This document shows, in pieces, positions 36,094 to 44,936 of a DNA stretch of 64,000 nucleotides. Below the pieces are notes generated by a model. That model saw only the letters and a program-made list of their open reading frames with translations, was not told the DNA's origin and did not search any database. The stretch is taken from contig DASYZB010000161.1 in the NCBI GenBank assembly GCA_035946615.1, forward strand, positions 6,881 to 70,880, given 5' to 3'. The position numbers and the translations under genes are program-made. The stretch is from Verrucomicrobiia bacterium. GTDB taxonomy: Bacteria > Verrucomicrobiota > Verrucomicrobiia > Limisphaerales > UBA8199. Position 1 is the stretch's first letter, and each line of letters begins with the position of its first letter.

Positions 36094-36131
36094 TGGATTA
36101 TTACGGGTAGAGCACGGCGCTAATTCCTGAG

Positions 36132-36233
36132 TGTAGGAGACGACGTAAGGAATCTCTGATCAGCAACTTCCGGATGAACCCAAGGCGGCCACGCTGGCAA
36201 TCTTGATCAGAACTCCTTACGTCGTCTCCTACA
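36132..36233. repeat. Long hairpin / inverted-repeat element (family 3)
   Basis: tgtaggagacgacgtaagga (36132-36151) is the perfect reverse complement of tccttacgtcgtctcctaca (36214-36233). An inner 7-bp extension (ctgatca/tgatcag) leaves a ~40-nt apical loop. Confidence 0.7.
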
Positions 36234-36353
36234 AAGGTTTGGAACTGACCTTGTCATTGGTCCTGGCAGAGCACCCGCTTTTGCGAGCGGCAAGGTCCAG
36301 CCGAACCCGGCGGATTTGTTCTATTCTTCCTCCAGGCAAGCGACTGTTAGGCC

Positions 36354-36560
36354 TTATCCCTTGCGGGTGCCGCGAATGCTGAGAATCAGGCCCGCACACA
36401 CCGCCACGGCCCCTCCGATCAAGAACCACATCGAGCGATCGGTAGGATTGCCGGTAAAGAAGCGCGAGACCTCCGAACCGAACGATTGGGACTCGTTGAA
36501 GCCGAAGATGAGCAATACAACTCCGCCCCCCAGCAATGCCAAACCGACAATGTTATTCAT
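36354..36560 (-). CDS. DUF3185 family small membrane protein
   Basis: MNNIVGLALLGGGVVLLIFGFNESQSFGSEVSRFFTGNPTDRSMWFLIGGAVAVCAGLILSIRG has two TM helices and the SRFFTG.PTD motif of DUF3185. Confidence 0.75.
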   Translation of the reverse strand: MNNIVGLALLGGGVVLLIFGFNESQSFGSEVSRFFTGNPTDRSMWFLIGGAVAVCAGLILSIRGTRKG

Positions 36561-36738
36561 GGGACACAATCAAGCGGGCGGACCGCATTGGCACTGGGGA
36601 GTTTCCCCTCTCGCGGCAAGTTTCACACCTTCTGTGTCTCTATAGGCGCGGGATGGATTGGAACCGCTCGCCTGGGTGCAGCGGCTATGGCACAACTTGT
36701 CTCGTCGCCGACTCGAAACCGGCAATTGTTTAGCGCGC

Positions 36739-38661
36739 ATGAATGTTACCCGACCGGCTTTATTGACGGCCAACGACCTGGCCCTGGCTTATGGCCATCA
36801 ATGTCTGCTTCAGGGGGCCACCCTCTCGGTCGCCCCGGGCGAGAAGGTGGGGCTCTTGGGCCGGAACGGTTGCGGCAAAACCACTTTGTTGCGCATCCTG
36901 GCCGGCCAGCAACATGCCGATTCAGGGGAAGTGTCGCGGCGGCGTGGCTTGCGCATCGGGTATCTGCCGCAGGAGTTCGAGTTGAATGACAACCTCACAG
37001 TGCGACAAAATATCGAAGCGGGCGCAGCCGATTTGATGGAGTGGTTGCGGCGCTATGAATCGGGAGAAGGAACCGACGCCGAACTGGCGCTCTTGCTCAA
37101 CCAAATCGACAGCGCAGAGGGGTGGAAGCTGCACGCCCGCATCCGGACAACCGCCTCGGCCCTGGCCGCTCCCCCGCTGGATGGCTTGGTGGGACCGCTC
37201 TCGGGCGGCGAAAAACGGCGCGTGGCCCTTTGCCGCGCCCTGGCGCCCCAACCGGATTTGCTGCTGCTTGACGAGCCTACCAACCACCTGGACGCCGAAT
37301 CCATTCTGTGGCTGGAGGATTTCCTGCGCGAGTTCCCCGGGGCGGCTATTTTCGTGACGCACGACCGCTATTTCCTGGATGGGATAGCCACGCGGGTCAT
37401 CGAGTTGGCCGAGGGCCGCTGCTTTTGGCATCGGGGCAATTACACGGCCTACCTGGAATCGAAGGCCATTCGTGAGCAGATTGCCGAACAATCGGAGCGG
37501 CGCCGGCAGCGATTCTTGCGCGAAGAACTGGATTGGGTGCGCGCAGGCGTCCGGGCGCAACGTTCCAAACCGCGCCATCGCCTCGAATCCTATTACCAAG
37601 TCCAAGGTCTCGAAGCGCCCCCGGACGAGCGCGAGATGGACTTGCTCATTCCTCCGCCGCCCGCGTTGGGGAATCACGCCATTCATTTGGGCCATGCGGG
37701 CGCCAAGGTTGGCCAAGGCGAGCGGGAACGATGGCTTTTTCGCGGTTTGACGCTCTCGCTCGATCCGGCGCAATGCACGGGCATCGTCGGGCACAACGGC
37801 GCAGGCAAGACCACCTTGCTGCGCATCTGCCTGGGCGAACGTTCCCCTGACCAGGGCACCGTCGAGATCGGCAAACGGGTAGTCTTCAATTATATCGATC
37901 AGGCGCGCATGCAACTCAACGCCACAGGAACAGTGCTCGAGGAGATTTCCGAGGGGAGCGAAACGGTGCTGTTTGGCGAGCAACATTTAAGCGCGCGCTC
38001 TTATCTGCGGAGATTTTTGTTCGCGGATGAACGCGCGAACGAGCCGGTGTCCCGGCTTTCCGGCGGGGAACGGGCCCGGCTGATGCTGGCTAAAGTCTTG
38101 CGGCGCGGCGGCAACGTGCTGGTCCTGGACGAACCGACCAATGATTTGGATTTGCCCAGCCTGCGGATGTTGGAGGAGGCCCTCGCTGATTTCGACGGCA
38201 CCGTGCTGGTGGTCAGTCACGATCGCTATTTCCTGGATCGCATCTGTGACCAAATTGTCGCCTTCGAGGAGGGCGGTTTGTTCGTCCAACGAGGCAATTA
38301 CTCCTATTATCTCGAGAAAAAGAAGGAGCGCGATGTCCTGCGGGAAGCCGTCCACGCGAGCTTCGCCAAAACCCAAACCCGAAAGGCCGAAACGGCCAAC
38401 CCGCCCAAACCGGTTCGCCCACGGAAACTCTCCTTCAAGGAAAAGCGTGAGCTCGAAACGATGGAGGCATCGATCCTCTCGGCTGAAAGCCGCGTCGAGG
38501 AAATAGAAACCACCTTGAATGATCCTGAATTCCACGCCAAGCGGTCGCGCGAGGCCCACGGGCTGATTGGGGATTTGGAAGCCGCCCGGGCTGAGGTGAC
38601 CCGCTTATACGAGCGCTGGCATGAATTGGCCGAGAAAACCAATGATGGCAACGGGAGCTAG
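36739..38661 (+). CDS. ABC-F family ATPase (Uup-like, C-terminal coiled coil)
   Basis: ATG 36739. Two ABC cassettes are present (GRNGCGKTTLL, LSGGEKRRVAL, LLLLDEPTNHLD; GHNGAGKTTLL, LSGGERARLML, VLVLDEPTNDLD). There are no TM segments, and the tail is a coiled coil. Confidence 0.9.
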   Translation: MNVTRPALLTANDLALAYGHQCLLQGATLSVAPGEKVGLLGRNGCGKTTLLRILAGQQHADSGEVSRRRGLRIGYLPQEFELNDNLTVRQNIEAGAADLMEWLRRYESGEGTDAELALLLNQIDSAEGWKLHARIRTTASALAAPPLDGLVGPLSGGEKRRVALCRALAPQPDLLLLDEPTNHLDAESILWLEDFLREFPGAAIFVTHDRYFLDGIATRVIELAEGRCFWHRGNYTAYLESKAIREQIAEQSERRRQRFLREELDWVRAGVRAQRSKPRHRLESYYQVQGLEAPPDEREMDLLIPPPPALGNHAIHLGHAGAKVGQGERERWLFRGLTLSLDPAQCTGIVGHNGAGKTTLLRICLGERSPDQGTVEIGKRVVFNYIDQARMQLNATGTVLEEISEGSETVLFGEQHLSARSYLRRFLFADERANEPVSRLSGGERARLMLAKVLRRGGNVLVLDEPTNDLDLPSLRMLEEALADFDGTVLVVSHDRYFLDRICDQIVAFEEGGLFVQRGNYSYYLEKKKERDVLREAVHASFAKTQTRKAETANPPKPVRPRKLSFKEKRELETMEASILSAESRVEEIETTLNDPEFHAKRSREAHGLIGDLEAARAEVTRLYERWHELAEKTNDGNGS

Positions 38662-38757
38662 GCTTTGCCTGAATGGCGAGGCAAGGCACAAAAGGTCATC
38701 CTGGCATCGAGTAGGGCAGAGGCGCGAACAGGATTAGCCCAATGACTTCCTTCCAAT

Positions 38758-40869
38758 GTGCGCTTGGCCTCTTATCCACCGGCCTCTAAACTGGGCGCTG
38801 TGTTGCATTTGAGTTCATTGAACCCGCAGCAGCGCCAGGCTGTCGAGGCCATCGGCGGCCCGGTGCTGATCCTGGCGGGGGCCGGCACGGGCAAAACCCG
38901 GGTCATTACTTACCGCGTTGCGCACTTGATTGAGAGCGGCATTGAGCCGGGGCACATCCTGGGGGTTACCTTTACAAACAAAGCCGCGCGCGAAATGCAG
39001 GAGCGGGTCCGCAAACTGACGCCGCAAGCGAAGCGCGCTGCCGCGCCTGAAGGCCAAGGGGCTGGCCGGCCCACCATCTGCACCTTTCATTCACTCTGCG
39101 TTCGCATCCTGCGCCAGCATATCGAAAAGCTTGGCTATAAACACAATTTCGTCATTTACGACGAATCCGAACAACTGGGGGCTATCAAGAAAATCCTGGC
39201 CCGCATCTCCACACAAGGGCCAAAGACCGACCCGGCCGCGATTCTGTCGATGCTGAGCCGCTTTCGAAACGGCGGAGAGCGCGCAGCGGTTTTTTCGGAC
39301 CCGAACGCGCATGCGATGGCGGAGCATATCCGCGCCCGGTACGAATCCGCGTTGCGAGCGTGTAACGCGGTTGATTTTGACGATTTGATTCTGCTCACCC
39401 TGCGGCTGTTTACCGAGCATCTGGATGCCCTCGAGGCCTGCCGTGCCAAGTACCGTTTTGTGATGGTCGATGAGTACCAGGATACCAATGCCGCGCAGTT
39501 TCAATTGGTCCAGGCCCTGACTCAAGTTCATCGCAACCTCTGTGTAGTGGGAGATGACGACCAGAGCATCTATGGGTGGCGTGGGGCCGAAATTGCCAAC
39601 CTGCTGGAGATGGAAAAGCATTTTCCCGAGGTCAAAGTGATCAAGCTCGAGCAAAATTATCGCTCCACCAATACCATCCTCAACGCGGCCAACGCCCTTA
39701 TCCGGCACAATGTGCGCCGCCGCGGCAAGCAATTATGGTCTCAAAAAGGCGAGGGCCCCAAAATCCTTCTGCACACGTTCCAGCATGAGGAAGAAGAGGC
39801 GCGCAGCATTGTCGAGCAGATCGAATACGCCCGCCTGACGCAACGGGCGCCGTGGCCCCACCAAGCCATCCTTTTTCGCACCAACGCCCAGGCGCGACCG
39901 CTGGAGACTGCCCTGCGCCTGGCCTCGGTTCGTTATCATTTGATCGGCGGACAAAGCTTTTTCGACCGGCGCGAGGTGCGCGATTTTCTGGCCTACCTCA
40001 AGACCTTGCTCAACCCGCACGACGATATCAGCCTGCTGCGCATCGCCAACGTGCCTGCCCGAGGTCTGAGCGATGACACCATGGAACGGCTCCTGGGGGC
40101 GAGCCACGAGCGCAAATGCTCCGTTTTTACCGCGATGAAAAACCCGGCTGTAACGGCCACGTTCCAGGCCAGAAGCCGTGAGGCCATCGAAGCATTTGGG
40201 GCCTGGATCGAGCAAACACGAACTGTGCTGGCGGATACCCAATCCTCCGCTGCCCAATTGCCGGCCTGGGCTGAACGGTTCCTGACGGACATTGGCTACT
40301 TGAATGAATTGCGCCGCAGCGAGAAGAACCCTGAGTCCGCGGAAGGCCGCATTCGAAATGTGAAAGAGCTTATAAGCATGTTGGACGGCAGCAACACCAC
40401 GCCATCAGGCTGGGAGGCCAGCCTGGTGCCGCCCAATGCGGCTGCGCGGCTGGAAACTTTCCTGGAGGAGATTACCCTGGACAACGAGCGCGAGGATGAG
40501 GACTCCGGCGGCGAAAATGCTGTCACTCTCATCACCATGCATAGCTGCAAGGGCCTCGAATTCCCGCACGTTTATATTGTTGGCCTGGAAGACGGACTTC
40601 TGCCCCACTCCCGCTCCAAAGTAGAAGGAACCCTGGATGAAGAACGCCGCTTGTTTTACGTGGCCGTCACCCGCGCAATGCAAACGCTCACCATCAGTCA
40701 TTGTTCGAGCCGTAAGAAATTTGGCCAGTTTACGCCATGCCACCCTTCCCCATTCCTTAAGGAGCTGCCCCCCGAGTTGCTCGAGCATGCCGATCAAAAG
40801 GCAAAACAACCTGTAACGCCAGACTCAGGCAAACAGAAATTTGACCTCCTCCGCGCAGCGCTCGGATAG
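38758..40869 (+). CDS. PcrA/UvrD-type ATP-dependent DNA helicase
   Basis: LNPQQRQAVEAIGGPVLILAGAGTGKTRVITYRVAHLI, VDEYQDTNAAQF and MHSCKGLEFPHVYIVG...RRLFYVAVTRA. The start is GTG 38758 or, more conventionally, GTG 38800. Confidence 0.9.
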   Translation: MRLASYPPASKLGAVLHLSSLNPQQRQAVEAIGGPVLILAGAGTGKTRVITYRVAHLIESGIEPGHILGVTFTNKAAREMQERVRKLTPQAKRAAAPEGQGAGRPTICTFHSLCVRILRQHIEKLGYKHNFVIYDESEQLGAIKKILARISTQGPKTDPAAILSMLSRFRNGGERAAVFSDPNAHAMAEHIRARYESALRACNAVDFDDLILLTLRLFTEHLDALEACRAKYRFVMVDEYQDTNAAQFQLVQALTQVHRNLCVVGDDDQSIYGWRGAEIANLLEMEKHFPEVKVIKLEQNYRSTNTILNAANALIRHNVRRRGKQLWSQKGEGPKILLHTFQHEEEEARSIVEQIEYARLTQRAPWPHQAILFRTNAQARPLETALRLASVRYHLIGGQSFFDRREVRDFLAYLKTLLNPHDDISLLRIANVPARGLSDDTMERLLGASHERKCSVFTAMKNPAVTATFQARSREAIEAFGAWIEQTRTVLADTQSSAAQLPAWAERFLTDIGYLNELRRSEKNPESAEGRIRNVKELISMLDGSNTTPSGWEASLVPPNAAARLETFLEEITLDNEREDEDSGGENAVTLITMHSCKGLEFPHVYIVGLEDGLLPHSRSKVEGTLDEERRLFYVAVTRAMQTLTISHCSSRKKFGQFTPCHPSPFLKELPPELLEHADQKAKQPVTPDSGKQKFDLLRAALG

Positions 40870-40923
40870 CCTTTCCTTAACGTTATTTTGAATAAACCAC
40901 CCTCCTGGACAGTCTGATTAAAA

Positions 40924-41139
40924 ATGAAACCAGCCCGGAACGCCCCTTCCCGTGCCTTGGCCAAAGGCCAACTCTGGCAGGTCAATAACGCCTATATCCT
41001 CATCGTGCAACTTGGTAAAACGCTCATCCAATACAAAATGCTCAAGCAACAAGGGCAAAGGGCCGTTCGAACGCACATGACCGGTATTGCTACACTCCAG
41101 AGCTATCTCAAGACCAACGCAGCCCGTTTGGTGAAATAG
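40924..41139 (+). CDS. Small hypothetical protein (71 aa)
   Basis: An ATG ORF in a relatively AT-rich stretch. Third positions are mostly C/G, and the sequence looks protein-like (KGQLWQVNNAYILIVQLGKTLIQYKMLK). No family recognised. Confidence 0.35.
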   Translation: MKPARNAPSRALAKGQLWQVNNAYILIVQLGKTLIQYKMLKQQGQRAVRTHMTGIATLQSYLKTNAARLVK

Positions 41140-41301
41140 TTTAGCTGCTCTTCAGTTCCATTCTTGGGACTAAATGTCTCAAATACTCCGCCGGGATTTG
41201 TGGGGTTTGTGCCATTATGTCCCAAAAACAACATTTATCCGACCGTCTTTTTTATGAGTAATACATTAATTATAAGCATCTTGTGGCTTTAATCGTTCCG
41301 T

Positions 41302-41317
41302 TGGCATCTCCAAAGCT
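41302..41317 (+). promoter_or_regulatory. Possible sigma-54 type -24/-12 promoter upstream of hsp20
   Basis: TGGCAT-ctcca-AAGCT compares with the consensus TGGCAC-N5-TTGCW. The GG (41303-04) to GC (41315-16) spacing is exact. It lies 47 nt upstream of ATG 41364. This is a weak, low-information match. Confidence 0.25.
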
Positions 41318-41363
41318 AAATATCTCTTGTTGATTCAACCTGATTAGAAAGGAATACAACAAT

Positions 41364-41834
41364 ATGAATAATCTTGTAAGATGGCAGAGACCTGATTTGG
41401 CAACCTGGCATGGGTTTGGACGGCTGACGGATTTGCGCGATGAAATCGACCGCTTATTCGAGGCCCCCCTTACCGAGTTGGCCCGCACCTCGCAACTCTT
41501 GAGCGGCTGGACACCCGCTTTGGATATGTATGAGGATAACGACAACCTCTACGTCCGGCTCGAGCTGCCCGGGATGAGGAAGGAAGACATCGATCTATCC
41601 CTCCACGACGGCAGCCTGAGTATCTCGGGCGAACGTAAGAGCGAGGACGAACACAAAGACGCCGAAGTCTATCGCGCGGAACGGTTCTTTGGCCGGTTCC
41701 AGCGGACGGTTACTTTGCCTTCGCCTGTCGCGGTGGATAAAGTCAAAGCACAGTACAAGGACGGCATCCTGAGCATCACCTTGCCCAAGGCGGAGGAAGC
41801 CAAGCCCAAACATATTGATGTGAACGTGAGCTGA
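41364..41834 (+). CDS. Hsp20/alpha-crystallin small heat-shock protein
   Basis: WTPALDMYEDNDNLYVRLELPGMRKEDIDLSLHDGSLSISGER...AQYKDGILSITLPK is an alpha-crystallin domain. Confidence 0.9.
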   Translation: MNNLVRWQRPDLATWHGFGRLTDLRDEIDRLFEAPLTELARTSQLLSGWTPALDMYEDNDNLYVRLELPGMRKEDIDLSLHDGSLSISGERKSEDEHKDAEVYRAERFFGRFQRTVTLPSPVAVDKVKAQYKDGILSITLPKAEEAKPKHIDVNVS

Positions 41835-41882
41835 TGCCTTCCTTTAGAGAACATTGTTAAAGCATCGAGAAAGGAAGATGAG

Positions 41883-42260
41883 ATGAAAACGACGACTGTC
41901 CAAAAGGAACAACGCCCCGTCAATGCGGAGCGGTCCACCGAATACGTTTCGCCGGAGGTAAACATCTTCGAGAACAAAGATGGGTATGTGCTCGAAGCGG
42001 AGATGCCCGGCGTCAACAAGGGTGGCCTTGAGATCACGTTGGAAGGCAATGAAATCACAATCACCGGCCATCGCACCGAAGAAGCGTTGCCGGGCAACCC
42101 GCTCTTCCGAGAATCGCAAAACGGCGGTTTCCGGCGCGTGTTTGAGCTCGACCCGGCTATTGATACCGCGAGGATTTCGGCGCGAATGGACCAGGGGGTT
42201 CTGACCCTGACCCTGCCCAAATCCGAGCGCGTGAAGCCGAGGAAGATAGCGGTGGATTAA
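41883..42260 (+). CDS. Hsp20/alpha-crystallin small heat-shock protein (second, shorter paralogue)
   Basis: PEVNIFENKDGYVLEAEMPGVNKGGLEITLEGNEITITGHR...ARMDQGVLTLTLPK. Confidence 0.88.
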   Translation: MKTTTVQKEQRPVNAERSTEYVSPEVNIFENKDGYVLEAEMPGVNKGGLEITLEGNEITITGHRTEEALPGNPLFRESQNGGFRRVFELDPAIDTARISARMDQGVLTLTLPKSERVKPRKIAVD

Positions 42261-42282
42261 TTAAGAAACCTGTTCCCGCACC

Positions 42283-42317
42283 AAAGGCCCGCCGAGCGCA
42301 CCGGCTCGCGGGCCTTT
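42283..42317. terminator. Bidirectional terminator-like GC hairpin between convergent hsp20 and tgt
   Basis: aaaggcccg-c-cgagc / gcaccg loop / gctcg-cgggccttt forms a 14 bp stem with a 1-nt bulge. It is flanked by AAA on the left and TTT on the right. Confidence 0.6.
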
Positions 42318-42375
42318 CTTCCACGCCCAAAAGAGCTCTTTGCTTCGAGGGGCGTGTCGCCGCTGCAGGGCAAGC

Positions 42376-43527
42376 TCAGCGCTCTGCTTCGGCGGCGCGG
42401 GCGAGCAGGACGCGCTGTGTTGGGACGTACGTGGCGGCGAAGTCGCGCCGGAATTGGGCGAACGTTCCTGCAGCAATGGCCGTGCGCACATCCTCCATTA
42501 CCTTCAAGTACATGCGCGTATTGTGAACGCTGAGCATCCGAAGCCCCAGGATTTCTCCCACATTCAGCAGATGCCGCAAATAGGCGCGGGTGAAATGGCG
42601 GCAGGCAAAGCAGTCGCAACCCTCTTCAATGGGCCTGAAATCGGCCTTACAAGCGCCCGCCTTGATGCTGATGCTGCCCTTGCACGTGAAGGCGGTGCCG
42701 TTGCGCGCCACGCGCGTCGGAAGGACGCAATCAAACATATCGACACCACGGGCCACTAATTCGACCAACTGCGCCGGGGTGCCCAGGCCCATGGCATATC
42801 GGGCTTTGTTGGCAGGCAGCAGCTTTTCGGTCATTTCAATTGCCCGCATCATCTCCGGCTCAGGCTCGCCGACACTCACCCCACCGATAGCGTAGCCGTC
42901 AAAATCAAGGGCAACCAACTCGCGGCTGCACTCCTCGCGCAGCGAGGAGTCGATGCCACCCTGAACGATTGCAAAAACGAGTTGCCCGGTGGCGCGCGGC
43001 TGTTCCCGGCATTCTTTGGCCCAGCGGATGGTGCGCTCGACGGCAGCCCGCAATTCACGCGGGGTGCTGGTGTGAGGAGGACAATCATCAAAGGCCATTG
43101 CAATGTCCGAACCGAGCTGGCTCTGGATGGCCATGGCTTCTTTGGGGCCGAGGAACAGAAGTGAGCCGTCCAGATGAGAGCGAAACTCGACGCCATGCGC
43201 CTGAATTTTGCGAATGGTTGCGAGGCTGAAAACCTGGAACCCACCGCTATCGGTCAGAATGGGACCGGGCCAATTGATGAATCGATGCAGGCCGCCCGCG
43301 CTGCGGAGGATGTCGAGCCCGGGGCGGATAGAGAGGTGATAGGTGTTGCCCAGGATGATTTGAGCGCCCATCTCGCGCAATTCGCGAGGGTCAATGGCTT
43401 TGACGCTGCCTTGAGTGCCCACCGACATGAAGACTGGGGTATCAACGGTTCCATGCGCCGTCTTTAACCGGCCCCACCGCGCCTTGGAAGACGAATCGGT
43501 TGTTAACAGCTCAAAGGGAGCATTCAA
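42376..43527 (-). CDS. tgt: Queuine tRNA-ribosyltransferase
   Basis: TPVFMSVGTQGSVK, ILGNTYHL, TDSGGFQVFS and the zinc site CDCFACRHFTRAYLRHL. TTG start. Confidence 0.93.
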   Translation of the reverse strand: MNAPFELLTTDSSSKARWGRLKTAHGTVDTPVFMSVGTQGSVKAIDPRELREMGAQIILGNTYHLSIRPGLDILRSAGGLHRFINWPGPILTDSGGFQVFSLATIRKIQAHGVEFRSHLDGSLLFLGPKEAMAIQSQLGSDIAMAFDDCPPHTSTPRELRAAVERTIRWAKECREQPRATGQLVFAIVQGGIDSSLREECSRELVALDFDGYAIGGVSVGEPEPEMMRAIEMTEKLLPANKARYAMGLGTPAQLVELVARGVDMFDCVLPTRVARNGTAFTCKGSISIKAGACKADFRPIEEGCDCFACRHFTRAYLRHLLNVGEILGLRMLSVHNTRMYLKVMEDVRTAIAAGTFAQFRRDFAATYVPTQRVLLARAAEAER

Positions 43528-44936
43528 GCGCCTTGAACTTGCAGGACCGGCAATTCCAGGACCAAACCCTCGCGGGCGGCCTCGACTTGAAGTGGGCCGT
43601 GGCGTTGGCCGACCAATTGGCGGGCGTGGCTGACCATTTGCGAGATTTTAGCGTCGTCGTGGTCAGGGTCATGATGGAACAAGAACAGGTGTTTGATTTG
43701 GGAATCGAGCGCCAGTTCGATGACCTCGTCCAGGCAACCATGTCCCCAGCCGATATGGGCTTGGTATTCCTCTCGATCATACTGAGTATCCATAATGAGC
43801 ACATCCGTGCCGCGTAGGAATTCTATGAGCTTGCGGTGTTCGTTTCGGGCAAACTCAGCGGCTCCGGCCTGGGGCGTGACATGCCCGGCGGGGCGATTCT
43901 CAGAATAGCGCAATTCGTTATCCGGAAAGAAGGCCAGCGAGCGGCCGCCGTAAGATAGCCGGTAACCGACGCAAATCCCGGGGTGATACGCAAAGAAGGC
44001 CTGCACGCGGACCTGGCCTAAATGGAATTCAAGGTTCTTGAGTTCTTCGATTTTGATATTGGCCGGCACTTCGCTCAAACCAATGGGAAAAAACGGGCTC
44101 TCCATCTGGCTGGTCAGGACCGCGTCCAGGCCGGGGCGGGCGCCTTCATAGCCGAGAATGCGCAGTTGATTCTGCGGCCTGTAAACCAGGGGGAAAAACG
44201 GCAGGCCCTGGATATGATCCCAGTGCGTGTGGGTGAGCAATAGAGTCAGTTCAAGAGGCTGATCGCCGAATTCGGCAAGCAACTGGCCCCCGAGCGGGCG
44301 CAGGCCCGTGCCCGCATCCAAAATAATGATTTGCGCGGCCGCCCGTACCTCGACACAGGAGGTATTGCCGCCGTACTCGACTGTCGCCGGACCCGGCGTT
44401 GGGATCGAACCGCGCACCCCCCAGAATTTGAGGCGCAACCCCTCCGTCCAGGACGCGGCGCGCGGTGCGGCGTTGGGAGCATGGGAAACCGGAGGGGGTT
44501 CAAGGCGATTGGACTGTGGTGTGACTCGAGAGAGTACGGATAACAGGTCTGCGCTTCGGATGGGTTTTATGAGGTAATCATCCGCGCCGGCTTCGAAGGC
44601 GGCCTGCCGATCGGCGGGAAAATCACTTCCCGAGGCAACAATGATTTTGGGCCGATGGATGGGTTCAAGCGCGCGCAAAGCCCGGCAGACCTGGAATCCA
44701 TTGCCATGAGCCATCAGAAGGTCGCACAGGACCACATCAGGGAGATGCTCTTTGGCCGATTGAATGCCTTGCTCACCATCCTCGGCCAGCAGGACGCGCC
44801 ACTGATTTTGGCGCAGAATTTCAGCCAGGAGATTGCGAAACTCCGGGTCATCATCGATCACCAGCGCGGTTTTTGCGGGACCCATCGTGAATGCCTGGCG
44901 CCAAGCATAGTTCGAGCCCCGCCAAACCGCCATCAA
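43524..44936 (-). CDS. Response-regulator receiver domain fused to MBL-fold metallo-hydrolase
   Basis: REC domain: ALVIDDDPEFRNLLAEIL...PDVVLCDLLMAHGNGFQVCRALR...KIIVASG. MBL domain: LKFWGVRGSIPTPG...GGNTSCVEV...ILDAGTG...LLLTHTHWDHIQGLPFF. The stop overlaps the tgt start by 4 nt. The start is ATG 44936 or ATG 44885. Confidence 0.8.
   Translation of the reverse strand: MMAVWRGSNYAWRQAFTMGPAKTALVIDDDPEFRNLLAEILRQNQWRVLLAEDGEQGIQSAKEHLPDVVLCDLLMAHGNGFQVCRALRALEPIHRPKIIVASGSDFPADRQAAFEAGADDYLIKPIRSADLLSVLSRVTPQSNRLEPPPVSHAPNAAPRAASWTEGLRLKFWGVRGSIPTPGPATVEYGGNTSCVEVRAAAQIIILDAGTGLRPLGGQLLAEFGDQPLELTLLLTHTHWDHIQGLPFFPLVYRPQNQLRILGYEGARPGLDAVLTSQMESPFFPIGLSEVPANIKIEELKNLEFHLGQVRVQAFFAYHPGICVGYRLSYGGRSLAFFPDNELRYSENRPAGHVTPQAGAAEFARNEHRKLIEFLRGTDVLIMDTQYDREEYQAHIGWGHGCLDEVIELALDSQIKHLFLFHHDPDHDDAKISQMVSHARQLVGQRHGPLQVEAAREGLVLELPVLQVQGA

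Noticed and set aside
36179-36188. CCGCCTTGGG on the minus strand inside the hairpin loop, reminiscent of the conserved CCGCCUGGGC of ZTP (pfl) riboswitches upstream of a folate-related gene.
   Set aside because: The 5' sub-domain (GGGUCGUGACUGGCG-like) is absent and the match is imperfect. The resemblance is only a short GC-rich string.
36346-36352. GTTAGGC (integron attC core-site consensus GTTRRRY) next to the long inverted repeat, suggesting an attC/gene cassette.
   Set aside because: There is no integrase, no matching inverse core (RYYYAAC) at the other end, and the hairpin arms do not follow R''-L''/L'-R' architecture. A single 7-mer is expected by chance.
38665-38684. Weak hairpins after the ABC-F gene (ttgcct/aggcaa), after the ABC ATPase (ggggtgcacacccc at about 47450), near 4930 (ggggttgccacccc) and between the MT fusion and the giant GT (gctgtg/cacagc, 10987-11008).
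   Set aside because: The stems are only 5-6 bp with no U-tract. They are too weak to call as terminators or repeats.
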